Origin: Eledone cirrhosa
Taxonomy: Eukaryota
DNA length: 64,000 nucleotides
Reading direction: 5' to 3'
NCBI GenBank assembly: GCA_964016885.1
Contig: OZ024748.1
Location: 4,960,001 to 5,024,000, forward strand
Shown here: positions 11,067-25,009 of the stretch, piece after piece
Numbering within the stretch: position 1 is the first letter of the stretch
Layout: every line of letters begins with the position of its first letter
Position numbers and translations under genes: made by a program
The notes under the pieces: model-generated
The model's database searches: none
What the model saw: only the letters and a program-made list of their open reading frames with translations
What the model was told of the DNA's origin: nothing

Positions 11067-11512
11067 AAGTTAAATAAAAGTCAAATGATTAAAATTTAGC
11101 TTCGTTTATTACTGCTATATATATTTCTGTGACAGCCATCTTTGGCTGTGACCTCTTCAGGCAGTTTGAATTAGTATGGTATAGACAAGTACATATGGTA
11201 TATGACTCCAGTTCCTCAGTGAATTAACAACCCAACAAGGAACTGGGCATATCAGAGTATTGACAATATTATACACCTAAACAACATATGTACTTGTCTA
11301 TACCATACTAATTAAAACTGCCTGAAGAGGTCACAGCCAAAGATGGCTGTCACTGAAATATATATAGCAGTAATAAACGAAGCTAAATTTTAATCATTTG
11401 ACTTTTATTTAACTTTATTTTACACTACTCCGGAGTAACCAAACCAACCTGCGCACTTCGTCGAGTGCTCCAGCCTGCATACTGAGGTGTTGGTATACAA
11501 CCAACATAAACT

Positions 11513-11515
<3 letters not shown>
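11061..11515. mobile_element. Fold-back Penelope-like end: ~136-bp inverted arms, each with an HHR, plus a ~95-nt tail, inserted in (TA)n
   Basis: 11061-11196 is the near-perfect reverse complement of 11285-11421; only the right arm continues into a tail (11422-11515). Confidence 0.85.
11317..11371 (+). ncRNA. Type I minimal hammerhead ribozyme (second copy on the minus strand, 11111-11165)
   Basis: Stem I ACTGC/GCAGT; core CTGAAGA; stem II GGT.ACAGCCA-AAGA-TGGCTGT.ACT; GAAA; palindromic stem III TATATA; AUA cleavage triplet. Confidence 0.85.
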
Positions 11516-11580
<65 letters not shown>

Positions 11581-11588
<8 letters not shown>

Positions 11589-11755
11589 TAAAATAACAGA
11601 TTAAAGTTTAGAAGGGTGAAAGCACCGATTCTTTGCTTAAACTTTAATCTGTTATTTTAATAAATATTTGCTCTATGGTTCTTATATATTTGATATATAT
11701 TTATCCTTATCGAGCCCTCTTTGGATTTTAGTCTTCAAATTTATTATTATTACTA
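11581..11755. mobile_element. Fold-back TA-inserted element (same family as 20630-20848)
   Basis: Inverted arms ATATTTATTAAAATAACAGATTAAAGTTTA / TAAACTTTAATCTGTTATTTTAATAAATAT plus a ~90-nt tail; homolog on the opposite strand at 20.7 kb. Confidence 0.7.
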
Positions 11756-12017
11756 TATATATATGCATATATGTGTATATATATGTATATAAATGCATGA
11801 GTATATATACACATACATATATATATGTATTTAATGTGGCCTCAATTTGGAGTCTTGTTTGATGATGCTTTGAGTGCGCAGGTGATACTCCGGTGTATCA
11901 AGACAAACTACGTAGTCATAATAAATCAATGTTTAAACTCTACTTTAAACTCTACTTCGATTTTGAATACACTTTTCTGTTGCCCGCCAACTCTTTACGG
12001 ATATACATACATACATG

Positions 12018-12105
<88 letters not shown>

Positions 12106-12581
12106 CTTATATATGTTTTTGTGCGTCTGTGTACGTATGTATATATGTGTAATCGGTGCGTTAAAACATTTGTTTTAATGCTCTGCTGCACTATAGCATA
12201 TATTTATATATTTCCTTTTAGTCGACATAGCATGTATATACAAATGTAAAGAACTTGTATGCATAAACAATATCATCGTGGACAGAAAAGGAGATATATA
12301 AGGTATAATATAGAAATGAATCAAAACTGTTAACGCACCAGGAATTTAGTATTCAAGCTATCTACCAAAAGCGCGTTACCTATGCAAATCGGACAATCCG
12401 ATTTACTTAAAATATTTAGTGATAGCGGATTTATCGACAGTATTGTCCCTAGTCAGTACATATATTTGAAACTTCAAATAAAAAATTTTTGACATATTTG
12501 GCATGTGAAATAGCTTAGCATTATGTATGTATCGAATATTTTTCTACACCCATATACATACATATACATATATATATATAT

Positions 12582-12773
12582 AACAAAGAAGGTGTGGTAA
12601 GATACCAGGTGGACCATAACGTACCAGAGTAATCGATACTTAGGTTAGTAGAGTGGGTAATAGGAAAAGAGTCAGGACCCAGACGGCTGAAATCCGACTG
12701 TTTTGACAGCTAGATCCGAGTTGGGATCTAGCTGTCAAAACGGCCGGAGCTCAGCTGTGGGGGTCATGACTCT

Positions 12774-12780
<7 letters not shown>
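12582..12780. mobile_element. Diverged family-A fold-back remnant
   Basis: Tail GGTGTGGTAAGATACCAGGTGGACCATAACG..., central palindrome TTTTGACAGCTAGATCC..GGATCTAGCTGTCAAAA, TA flanks. Confidence 0.7.
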
Positions 12781-12811
<31 letters not shown>

Positions 12812-13695
12812 GTATACACACTTCAAAAGCATTCTAATAAATATAGACTGTACAGGTAATCAAAGTGTGAATACATTTTAGGGGTACACCCTGTATATAC
12901 ACAAAACAGTGGTAAAGTAATAAAATTATAAACCACAAGTCTATTAATATACTGTACAACACAGAAGACATCTATATCATAGAAAGATATGACTAAAGCA
13001 TTGTTATATATGATACATATGTGTACAAAATTAACTGTGGGATTAACTGGTTTGCTTTACAATTCTGTAGTTCTGGATTGTAGTGTAGAAGGTTGTACCT
13101 TGAGTAAGTGACTTTTGTATCGAAACTGAATCTTCTGGGTGAAATTTGGTTGTTGGAAACAACGTAGAAGTTTGTCGAATGAACTGAAGGAATATACTTA
13201 AATAGCTACGTCCAATCCCATTATTCCACTTAGTCCACGATGGAAAGGAAGCATCCGGCCCTTTTTTCTCAAGAATACCGTGAATGGTGAGATGAAGAGG
13301 TAGGTTATCTTCAAATAGAGAGCCTGGTTCTAATACTTACAACAGAATGTACCCCGGAATAAACCACCAAGGACAAAAACATGGTCTTAAGTGGGGAAAT
13401 GGATTAATTCTTTAAATAAAATCAAAATACAGAACAATTTTTCATCAAGCTTTCAGGCAATGTTACCACCTATTTATTATAAATTATTTCTTCGACCTCT
13501 AAAAGAGGAAAGACAAATTTTACCTCAGTAAGCTTCGAAGGCAGAGAGCCGTACCAAAATACAGCAAACCATTTACTCCTACGTTCTGAGGATTTCGCTA
13601 ATCCAGAGCTCACCTGAAAATCTCTAAGGATATCAACTTTCGAAATCTCAAGTATAAACACTGATCTCCTTGAAAATGATGGTGATTTTGATGAC

Positions 13696-13729
<34 letters not shown>

Positions 13730-13866
13730 GTAAGAGCAGCCACAGCTTGAACAGAAACAACAAGACAAAAGAAGAAGGAAGAGAAAGGGAACGAAAGAAA
13801 AATGAAAGAAATTCGATTTTGACAATGTTGATGAGGATTATGATAATAAAACAAAACCCAAAATCC

Positions 13867-13913
<47 letters not shown>

Positions 13914-13972
13914 TGGACAACGATAACAAGGATATCTTAGAGACAATGAAAACTGTAATGAAATACAATAAC

Positions 13973-14021
<49 letters not shown>

Positions 14022-14560
14022 TCGTTCACATGTTCAGTTATCAATAAATAAAAGGAATACAAACAAATAAAATATAGAAAAATAAATAAACAATCGATTA
14101 AACAAGATGTTATATTAACGAAATATAATTAATTTTTCTTCAGATAAAAAGACATTTATCAACCGAAATTTATGGATTGCGGTGCATGTAATAGAAACGA
14201 AAACAATAACAACAACAACAACAACAATAACAATAACAATAAAAATAACAATAATAATAATAACAATAATAATAATAACAACAACAACAACAACAACAAC
14301 AATGCAAAAGTAATAAGATGAATAATAATAAAGGGAATGTTATATTTTTCCTATTTTTGTATATATTTTCTTTTCTTCTGTTTCTATACGATGTTTAATT
14401 TGTCTGATAGTTAGATCATATTATTATTCATTCATTTATTTATTCATTCATAAGAATATTCTGCTTTTCACATATATAGTATATAATATATTATTTTCAA
14501 ATTCGACCACTTTCCTTTAACTTTAGGTTTCAACCTGGGGAGCTGTTTCAAACTGGTTGA

Positions 14561-15371
14561 CAACATTCTCGCTACATTCACCCACCTTTCAACAAACTTG
14601 CTAGAAGGCAGCACTTGCCTCTCCACCCTGATTTTCCTCTTCAAGTGAAACTTGAAAAATTAATTGGGAATTCGCCGAAGAGGAAAGTGTCTGTCTTTAA
14701 CCCTTTCAACCTTGTCCACCACACAATCTCTTTCGCCATGGCCACCAGGCAGATGAAAACCGGCTGCCCTTCCTCCTCGAAGGAAGACGGCGAGACCATC
14801 TGCACAATGGACTCAGTCGATAACCGGATCAGTCCTACACGTGACAGCAACTGTTCGACATAGCTCCACTAGTCAACAATGCTCGGGCACTGAACGAGTG
14901 CGTGCACGACGGTTTCGTCGCTCTGTGCGCATCTCGGACAGGCTCGGCTGACGGCACTTCCGTGCCTGTAGAGCTTATCTCGAACCGGCAACGCTCACCC
15001 GGTTGCACTGCCAGGCCAGGGATTTCTGGAAGTTATCCATAGGCCCTGGGATGAAAGTTCTCCAGAAGAGAGCAAACAGCTGATCTTCTTCGACGCCCAG
15101 GATCTCCCCGAGAACGTCGTCGCTCTTTCCCTCCACTAGTCCTCTATAGAACGCCGAGGTGGATGTTCCACCGATACTGCTGCCCAACTGGCAGAGGGCA
15201 GTGAGCCCCTGGAGACATTCCAGTTTCCAAGCGCTATCTCTCGGTCTTTTCCTGACCTAGGACTGCAGCTCCGTCAAGGAGACGAGCTGTGGGAAAACGT
15301 GCCTGGCGAACAGCAACCACACCTGTTCACCGCCAAGGAAGCACCAGAGATGTCGCACCCTCAGCGCATGT
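14561..15371 (-). mobile_element. Truncated, degenerate Tx1-like ORF2 3' fragment (copy A)
   Basis: Translates to HALRVRHL, STSAFYRGLV, PGPMDNFQKSLAWQC, VFICLVAMAKEIVWWTRLKGL and FVERWVNVARM, all homologous to the ORF2 C-terminus at 4580-5410; frameshifted. Confidence 0.92.
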
Positions 15372-15373
15372 TT

Positions 15374-15423
<50 letters not shown>

Positions 15424-15424
<1 letters not shown>

Positions 15425-16044
15425 GTAATGTTTTCTTTATTAACCACAAGGGTTTACATAAAGTAGACATTAAGGACAGTACAGGACAATACAGGACGGT
15501 ACAAATGGGCATTTCTGCGCGTAAAAAAAACAGAGGATGTAATAAAATAACAAAGAAAAATTCTCCAATAGGGGGGAGACTTCCGAGGGACATTTGTGGA
15601 GAAAGCCCATTAAAAGACCACAGTGACCCTGACCACCAGGGCAAGTGCCCTCTCCCAGTTTTCCACCTTTAATTTACAGACACATACTCAGAGTAGGCCC
15701 ATTCACTCAGGCCATACTTGCTTCTCTCACCCATCTTTCAACAAAATGCTGGGAAGAGAGCACTTCCCTCTCTACCCTGATTTTCCTTTTCAAATGAAAT
15801 TTGAAAAAGTTAATCAGGGCATCACCGAAGAGGTAAGTGCTCGTCTTCAGCCCTTTCAAACGTGTCCACCATACTATCTCTTTCGCCATGGCCACCAGAC
15901 AGATAAAAACTGCCTGCCCTTCCCGGCTAAAGGAAGAGGGCGGGGCAATCCTCACGATGGACTCAGCTGATAGCTGGATCCGTCCTACACGTGACAGCAG
16001 GTGTTCGACATAAACCCACAAGTCAGCAATGCTCGGACACTGAA
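15424..16044 (-). mobile_element. 5'-truncated Tx1-like copy B with 3' UTR, flanked on both sides by (AAT)n
   Basis: CPSIADLWVYVEHLLSRV...KEIVWWTRLKGL...FVERWVREA; the 3' end GTGGTTAATAAAGAAAAC runs into (TTA)n. Confidence 0.92.
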
Positions 16045-16924
16045 AAATAATAATAATAATAATAATAATAATAAGAAGAAGAAGAAGAATGATAACAACA
16101 CCATTAATGATTATAATGTAGTCACTACACAAACAAGCATGGATGCCTGAGAAAAATCCAATCCAAGAGAGAAATAGCGACGATAAAGAAAGAAATTTAT
16201 CAATAGAAAATCACTGATCGATAATGTTAGTAAGAGGTCCTAAGATTAAGACTGAGTTGACAGCAGTTAGCCCAATATATCATGATCAGAGGCAAAGATA
16301 CTTAATAGTGATAAGAGAAATAATTATCCTGAGAATTCGAGCGAATAGCCATCCTATTCGGAGATGTGAAGAGAGCGGGCAAGTGAGAGATAGAGAGATG
16401 GAGGTGGTAGAATAGGTCTTCAGACACAGCGATTGAAACAGCGTAACGTTTCGTAGATACACTAGAGAAATAAAAACGTCAATGGAAATATCTGGAAGAA
16501 AATTATAACAGCAGCAGTAACAGCAAGATGGAGCTCATCGGTGAAAAGTAGATTGATTAGCAATAGCGAGTGTGAAGAGACGATTTTAAGCAGATAATCA
16601 TTACAACTTTGACTGACAAGACAAGAAATATCTTTGTATATCTTGTAATAGGATGGAGAGAATGAAGGGGGACAAAGCTGCAAAAAATTACGACCAGAAA
16701 AACCGATCGATCGATATATATATATATATATATATATAGTTAGATAGATACGTGTATGTATATATATATGGACCTGTATATGCATACATATATGCACATG
16801 TATACATATATAGAGATAGAGAGATAGAAAAATGCGTGTATGTATATATATGCACCTATATATGTGTATCTATATGCACACACACACACACTCACTCTCT
16901 AAATATATATATATATATATATAT

Positions 16925-17090
16925 TAGAGAGCCTGGAATTTGATGTCAAAATGGCAAGAGCTCAGCCGTCGGTTCCGGATTCTCTAATATATTTACACTC
17001 TACTATCCCAGGTATTGAATACTCTGCTGAATAATGGTCTTACTAAATTAAAACTGGTATGATCCTGATCTCTCGATAACTCCCCCTCTG
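16925..17090 (+). mobile_element. Distant family-A-related HHR/tail remnant
   Basis: GTCAAAATGGCAAGAGCTCAGCCGTCGG resembles family-A stem III; followed by the tail motif TACACTCTACTATCCCAGGTATTGAATACT. Confidence 0.55.
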
Positions 17091-17362
17091 TGTACACATA
17101 TTCCCAATTCCTTTCAAGCCAAGCTGTGTGTGTGTCTGGTTGTGAAACGCAATATTGTTATGTTTTCCTGGTTTCTAAAACCCAATATTTGGTCGGAATT
17201 TTTATGGTTATTAAATATTTAATTCTGAGTATGAATTGATTTGAATTTCAGATGAACCCGCTTAGGGTAGACGTAGAAATTCTTTGGTTAAATTTTTAAT
17301 CTGTACTAGTAATTAATATGTTAATATATTAATACATATATTAATATGTATATTAATACATA

Positions 17363-17400
<38 letters not shown>

Positions 17401-17770
17401 TATACATATATATTAATATATTAATACATATATTAATATGTATATTAATACATATATTAATATGTATATTAATACATATATTAATATGTAAATTAATATA
17501 TTTACATATATAATGATATGTCTGTGTGTGTTCTATGTCCTTATCAATGTCTGATACAGTTAGTAAACAAGACTCCCCTATTTAACTCCAGTACCCAATA
17601 CACCCGACCAGACATTCAGTACACCAGACATTAACCCCGCTATAAATAGGTACCCCCTGCTGCTTCTCTCGCAGCCCTCGGTGGTCCTGGAGTCTGTTTT
17701 CCACCTTAAGTTACACAGATTTCATTTCTATTAGGTGAGCAATAGAAATGAATAAACATTCCATATTTTA

Positions 17771-18410
17771 CCAGTATCGGTAGAGCGTCGGACACGTTCT
17801 CAGTTCAAATCCAGCCGAGGTTAGCCTTGCATTTCATCCTTACCGGGGTCGATAAAATAGAGTACCAGTCACGCACTGGGATCGATGTACTCGATTTTCC
17901 CTTCCCTCGAAATTGTTGGCCATGTGCCCATAGTAGAACTTTGCCTTTCATCCTTACGGGGTCGATAAAATAAAGTACCAGTAATGTACTGGGTAATTGC
18001 TGGCCTTGTGCCAAAAGTAGAAACAATTATTATTATTATTATTCAAAATCGTTAGAGCGTCGGATAACATGCTTTTCGGCATTTGGTTATGGCCCTTTAC
18101 GTTCTGAGATCAAATCCCGCCGAGGTTAACTTTGCCTCTTATCCTTACGAGATCAATAAATAAATCCCCAGGAAACGTACTGAGGTGTATTTAATCGACT
18201 TTCCCCTTTCCTTCATATTGCTGGCCTTGTGTCTTAAGTAGAAACCAATATATTTAAGCTGTTTGTATGTTCTGCGTTCAAATCCTACCAAGGTTAACTC
18301 TGCCCTTTATCCTTCCGGGATCAATAAAATACGAATCAAATATTGAACTGGATATAATTGGCTTTCCCATCCACCTCCACCCACAAAAAATTGCTGGCCT
18401 TTCCTAAATG
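17771..18410 (+). mobile_element. Cluster of 3-4 partial main-family SINEs
   Basis: Repeated B-box and CATCCTTACGGGGTCGATAAAAT core segments. Confidence 0.75.
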
Positions 18411-18443
18411 AGGAATCAATATTGTTGTGGTGGTTTATATCTA

Positions 18444-18562
18444 GAAGGCACGTGGCTTAGTGGTTAGAGTACTCAACTCACCATCGTAGGGTAGTGAATT
18501 CGATTCTCGGTGGCGCGTTGGGTCCTTGAGAAAGAACTTTATTTTAAGTTGCTCCATTCCAC
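18444..18562 (+). mobile_element. Second tRNA-derived SINE family (related copy ~41785-41910)
   Basis: A-box GTGGCTTAGTGGTTAG, degenerate B-box GAATTCGATTC, then GTCCTTGAG(A/C)AAG..ACTT core. Confidence 0.6.
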
Positions 18563-19120
18563 TTACGTGGTAATATAAGTTGTAACTGGAGTTTAATGTG
18601 TCCAGCTGGATCTCCCATAGAACTAGGGTTAATGTAAGGGTACACGTGTTTGTGGAAACATCAACCACTTGCAATTTATTTATAAATATATGTATATGAA
18701 ATGTAGTCGTCCCAACGTAACTAACTATAATTGTTTCTACTTTAGGCACAAGGCCAGCAATTATTCAGTGCATTACTGGTACTTTATTTTATCGACCCCG
18801 TAAGGATGAAAGGCAAATCAATAATATTAGTCGATTACTAGACACAATAGATAAAGGCGTGTACAGTAAGACTGGAGACGACGGAGAAAATATCTGTTAA
18901 AAACGACAAAGCTAGGCCGGGATTCCTATAAAGTAAGGGTTAATGCACTTGTCCACTAACAGAGAGATACGGGTATCGATTCCTCGCAGGTGGGTTTGTC
19001 CATTGTCTGTGAGGGAGAGTGTGTGTGGAGGGTGTTAGAATATGATGTGTTACAGTATTATGATCTGTACGTGTATGTATGTGTGATGGCATGTGTTTGT
19101 GTGTGTCTGAAAGTGCGTGT

Positions 19121-19270
19121 GTATGTGATGGTGTATGTATGAGTGTGCCTGAGGTGTTAAGATGTGGTGTGTATGTGATGGTGTATGTATGAGTGTGCCT
19201 GAGGTGTTAAGATGTGGTGTGTATGTGATGGTGTATGTATGAGTGTGCCTGAGGTGTTAAGATGTGGTGT
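19121..19270. repeat. 50-bp tandem repeat x3
   Basis: GTATGTGATGGTGTATGTATGAGTGTGCCTGAGGTGTTAAGATGTGGTGT repeated. Confidence 0.9.
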
Positions 19271-20469
19271 GTTGTAGTATTATTGTGTTTAAGAGGGAGT
19301 GTGTGTATGTTTTAGGATAAAGACTATTACAGTATTATAATGTGAGCGTGTGTGTGCGTGTGTGTGTGAGTGTGTGTGTGTCGCTGTATGTGATGGCGTG
19401 TGGTGTGATAGGAGTTGGTGTATTAGAGCAATTTTCGTGTAATGGTATGTGTGCGTGTGTTTCTGTGTTGGTGATGATGTGAGCGTGTGTGTGTGTGTGT
19501 GTGTGTGCGTGTGTGTGTGTTTGTGATGGCGCGTGTGTGTGTGACGCTGTATGTGATGGCATGTGATAGGTATTAGAGCAATTTTAGTGTAATGGTATGC
19601 GTGCGTGTGTTTGTGTGCGTGTATTTCTGTGCAGGCGATGATATATGTGTGTATGTCTATGTCTTCTTGCGATGGTGTGTGAGAATGTGTGTGTGTGTGC
19701 ATGTGCGTGATTGCGCTTTTGTAAATGTTATTTGCGTGTGTATGCTGATGTGTGTATACGTGGAGGTAGATATATTGATATTATGGTGTGTGAAGGTAAA
19801 TATGAGAGAGAGAGAGAGAGAGAGAGAGGGGGGATAGTGTGCTGTGGTGTGTGAGATTTTGAGATATTATTTCTGTGTGGGGTGGATGTTAGGTCACACT
19901 AAGTGCATTAGAATTCCACAATTCAGTCACTGAGAGTTCACTGCAGATCACATGTTAGCTAATACCAAATAACATGCGTGCTGCTACAGTAGTTCCTAGA
20001 CTCCCTACCCCACCCCACTGCCATATATGGTCACAACACTATGGCTGGTAGATTCATTTAATGGGTACAATTTATATAATATTATTATTATTTCAAAATA
20101 AATTGTTATTATTACTCATATTTTGATGGAGCGAGTTCTTTCTTGATGGTGGTGATGGTAGCGTGGGTGGTACAATTTGGTACAATCTTTGAAGAAGAAG
20201 AAAAATAAACACCAAGAAGGAGAAAGATGACAAGGAGAAGGATGAGAAAAAAGATGCTGACGAAGCGAGGTCAGAGAGAGAGAGAGAGATTTATCATAAC
20301 GTCTGGTGCTAGCCATCCGTACAATGCATTGCTCATCCAAACATAACCAATATTTTTTTTAACCCCTGTCAAACACTGGTAAAATTGGTGAATTACATAA
20401 ATATGTCTATGTATGTAAACGTACATCTGTATATGAATAGATATTTGTATATTATTTTTTATATACACA

Positions 20470-20629
<160 letters not shown>

Positions 20630-20848
20630 GTAATAATAATAAATGTGAAGACTAAAATGCAAAGAGGGCTCGATAAGGATAAATATATATCAAATTTATA
20701 TGAACCATAGAGCAAATATTTATTAAAATAGCAGGTTAAAGTTTAAGCAAAGAATCGCTGCTTTCACCCTTAACGGGTTAGTTTCAGACGATCCCGTTAA
20801 GGGGGAAAGCAGTGATTATTTGCTTAAACTTTAACCTGTTATTTTGAT
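20630..20848. mobile_element. Fold-back TA-inserted element with degenerate HHR core (CAGACGA-tCCCgttaaGGGg-GAAA, 20785-20808)
   Basis: Inverted arms centred near 20780; homologous to 11581-11755. Confidence 0.6.
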
Positions 20849-20887
20849 AGATATATATATCTGTTTGATATATTTAATCTGTTATTT

Positions 20888-20980
<93 letters not shown>

Positions 20981-21289
20981 AATATTCGAGGTCCGTTCGA
21001 AATATGTATATGTGTGTCTTTTTTGAGAATAGAGCTCCTTACAATTTTTTAACACTGCTGCGTCAACTCCTTTAACTTAAGACAACAGGTGTCTGTTAGG
21101 TGTGCCTTTTTAAACGATTATTTTGTCAAAGAACTAAGGCCACGTCTCACCTGTAGGTGAACAGTATCGATATCAAGAGGTTGATAATCTAGGTGGGGTA
21201 AAGTGTCTGGAGTTTGTGAGATGAAACAAAAGATTGGTTGTAGATAGAACGGGATCTTGTGGAGTGAGATGTAATAAGTATCTGGAGGT

Positions 21290-21620
21290 ATATGATACAG
21301 ACCTTATCGCTGAGACGTTATAGGTCTGGGTGTAGCTAATAGAGATCTTGTGGGTGAGATACAGACCTGATCGCTAATACGTTATAGGTCTGGGTGCAGC
21401 TAATAGAGATCTTGTGGGGTGAGATACAGACCTGATCGCTGAGACGTTATAGTTCTTGGTGCAGCTGATAGAGATCTTGTTCGGGTGAGACACCGACCTG
21501 ATCGCTGAGACGTTATAGGTCTGGGTGCAGCTAATAGAGATCTTGTGGGGTGTGATACAGACCTGATCGCTGACACGTTATGGGTCTGGGGGCAGGTATT
21601 TGAGATCTTGTGTGGTGAGA
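21290..21620. repeat. ~62-bp minisatellite x5
   Basis: Unit GAGATACAGACCTGATCGCTGAGACGTTATAGGTCTGGGTGCAGCTAATAGAGATCTTGTGGGT. Confidence 0.85.
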
Positions 21621-22480
21621 CACAATAAGTCTGGGTGTAAACGGTACAATTGTGGGTGAGACATTACATGCCTCTGAGTAGTTAGTACAGAGTTGTAGTT
21701 GAGGTGAACTTGGTCTGAGTGTAGATGGAACAGATATTGAGGGGTGAAATACAATATATCTGGGTGTAGTTCGTACATGTTTTGTGGGTGGAACACAATA
21801 GGTCTGTGTGTAGAACATACAGACTCTGTTCCTGTATTCCAGATAATTCTTGAAACCAAAGTTGGAGTGATACATTAGTTACCAGTTATTGTAATCTGGA
21901 TTAGTGTGTTTGTAAGTTCGTTTCTGGTCATTAAATGTTTCTATTTTACTGAGGTAAATAAATATACAAGTATACAACAGACAGTGTATTGTCAATATAG
22001 AATATTAGTCCCCTCCTCACAATTTACAACGGTTTAAAGGCTATATCAAAACACATGAAAATAGTAGTAGTCCCACGTCAACCCGTAAAAAACCACACAC
22101 CATCAATATTCTAACTAACCTGAAATATTACACCTGTCTCGGAGATCGATGTAATAATGAAAATTTACCTCCACATTTCTTGTACTTATCGAGTAAACAT
22201 TCACAATAAAGTTTCGGACTTCTAACTAAAATAATTAGATTCCAATGAGACATTAAATAGATTATATTAATTAGTCTGTCTTTCCCTTCATATTGTTGGC
22301 ATTGTGCCTAAAGTCAAAACATTTAATTGGTTTGCCTTTGTAGGTATTGGGTAGATATAATAGACGTACTAACCTTTCGAGTAAATTTTTTCTTCGGACA
22401 GAACAGATATTTAAAAATGTTATTCACGTTTTGTTCTTCAATAAAAAAAAGTTCCAATTTTATCCATGGTACAGTAAATA

Positions 22481-22669
22481 ATTGTTTCTACTTTTGGCAC
22501 AAGGCCAGCAATTACCCAGTGCATTAGTGGTACTTTATTGTATCGACCCCGCAAGGATGAAAGGCAAAGTTAACCTCGGCGGGATTTGAACTGAGAATGG
22601 CAAGGGCCGTAACTCTATGCGTCAAAGCATGGCGTCCGATCCTCTACCGATACTGTCAATCCACCACCC
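22481..22669 (-). mobile_element. Full main-family SINE with target-site duplication
   Basis: Complete unit flanked by TGGTA(C/T)AGTAAATAAT on both sides. Confidence 0.9.
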
Positions 22670-24180
22670 TTGGTATAGTAAATAATGTGCTAAGTGTGTT
22701 ACAATACACCATTAGCTTTTAAAAAGACTTCTTGTATGAATTAAAAATATAAAACTCCTTTTGAAATTATTGGAATGCAGAGGTGGACAGTGTGTATTGT
22801 ACAGTGCCGCTGGGGAATTACACCAGAACTGGTGTCTACGTTAAAATCTCTCTAGTTAATAAATTACCCGGTCTCGTCTCAAAATATTTGCTGTTTCGTA
22901 CCTGAAGTTTCGATGTTGTGTACAGTATACCTGAAAATTCTTCATTCCAAAATTCATTAAACTTCAGAAATTTAGAAATTGACGTTAAATCTGACTATTT
23001 TTTAAAATTTCTAAGACAAATAAATCATGAAATATTAGTGTAAATATAACGTATAATAAGCACCAAATCTGGGTAATATTTAATCTCAGACAATCTCAAT
23101 ATGTAATTTTGAAAGTGATTGTTTTAGAACAGAGTTAAATGATATGTGAGCCGGGGCTCAAAATGTAACAGTTGAGGTGTTCTGATGGCTTCGGAACTTT
23201 TCAAATCTTTGTCTGGAATATAGAGACATGGGTGGACAGAATATAGTCCGCAGCGACAGGGTTTCGGTTTCAGTCTCACTATGTGAAACGCTTTATCTTC
23301 CTTTATAACCCCAGGTCGATAAATACCTTGTGAGGAAAATAGTAGAAGACTATTCTCTCTCTTTCTCTCACTCTATCTATCTATCTATCTATCTATATCC
23401 CACTCTCAATAATATGTATTTTTGTGATGATGTTTGTATCTGTGCCTTTGACTCGACACATGTTGGATTTCAAGCATCGAATTGAAGAAATAACTTTTTA
23501 AGCTCTATTCCAGCCGGGCCGCAACCTAACAACAGCTATATCCAGTAGAAGAGTAAATGATATTATATGTAGGCCCTAGAGAATAAAAAATGTTCAATGC
23601 GATAACAAGAGAGATTTTACCTCAGAATGTAGTTATCGGAACAGAGCAGCTACAATAATCCTGGCAGACGATCTAACAATTCCACCAATCTTTCAGATAG
23701 TGACTGGACTAAAATCTTATTATATTAACCTTTCAAGTCGATGTTGGCATTGGTGGGATTTGGGCACAGAGAGCCGAAACGAATCACGGAAATCTCGGGT
23801 TACCAATAATTAAGCAGCAGTAGTAGTAGTAGTAGTAGTAGTAGTACTACTACTAGTTGTTGTTGTTGTAGTATTAGTAGTTCTTCTCTGTCAGCGAGTC
23901 AGACTTGACGAATTAGATCTATGATATTAAAGACTTTCCACCTTGCTCCATCACCTCAGTTTATTGTATTGAACAAGTCCTTCGTTCTTCAGAGAGAATA
24001 TTGAGGCTATTTCAATAATATGTCCAACACGTTATGTCTGAACACATCTTTTCTAATATTTGTTGTTGTTTTCTGTCATTTGCCATAATTCAATACTCGA
24101 TAAGAACTTAGCTCAAAGGCGTTCCAAATACGACTATCCCGTATTTTCTTATCAGGCACAATTTATCTAGAACGTCATTA

Positions 24181-24350
24181 AAGCCCTGCCAACCTTTAAA
24201 AACCTAAACGAGAAATATCATGAAAAAAAGGCCCCAAAACGGGGAGAAATGAGGCAAAATGGGGAGATTTTACATAATGAAAGCTATACCAATTTTCACA
24301 AGAGAAGACATCTCTCACCCACCCCAAAGTAGGTGGGAGATCTCCCACAA
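24181..24350 (+). mobile_element. DNA-transposon (MITE-like) end; inverted homolog at 27975-28143
   Basis: Terminal CCTGCCAACC; shared GGAGATTTTACATAATGAAAGCTAT...TTTCACAAGAGAAGA...GGAGATCTCCC. Confidence 0.65.
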
Positions 24351-25009
24351 GTCTTTCATTATGCTATGCGATCTCCCCTTTTTTCAGACAGTATATAGTC
24401 AATTTGGCAGCTATTTCTAGCAATGTGTGTGAGTCCTGCTCTTACATAATCATTAGCTCAACTATTTTAATGATTATTTCCTGTAGTTAAACCAAATCTC
24501 AAATACATTACTTCACTCAAATTACTTTTACAACCTATACAAATATGTTAAGCTGTCAGGCATTTACTGCTTAGCACCAAGTGATCCGTGAGCAAGATTA
24601 TATGAAATTATACAGCTAGAACTCTGTGGTTAGAGTTCGCTTCGCAACCACGTGTATCTAAATTAAGTCCCATTCGCGGTACCTTAGGCAAATAATTCAT
24701 ATTATCGCGTTGGATTGATCAAAAACATCTGAATAATATCTGGTAGGCTTAAATTTTAGAAACCCATCGTATATATTTAAAATGTTAAACATTAGCTGTT
24801 TGGCTAAAATCTAACTTCAATATGTTTACGAGTTAATTATACATATTTTCATTTAATCAATTCTGATGACTCCAATATTTTGTTCATTTAATTAATTAAG
24901 TAATAATTAATTATGTATCGGCTTAAAATATGGATGAAGCGTTCGTTAATTTATTAAAATGTAATATAATACACCGTTTTAATCTTGTGTATTATTGTAA
25001 TATATATAT

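Noticed and set aside
13240-13320. GPFF / NTVNGE / YLQ resembling a mariner-type transposase fragment
   Set aside because: Too short and frameshifted to support.
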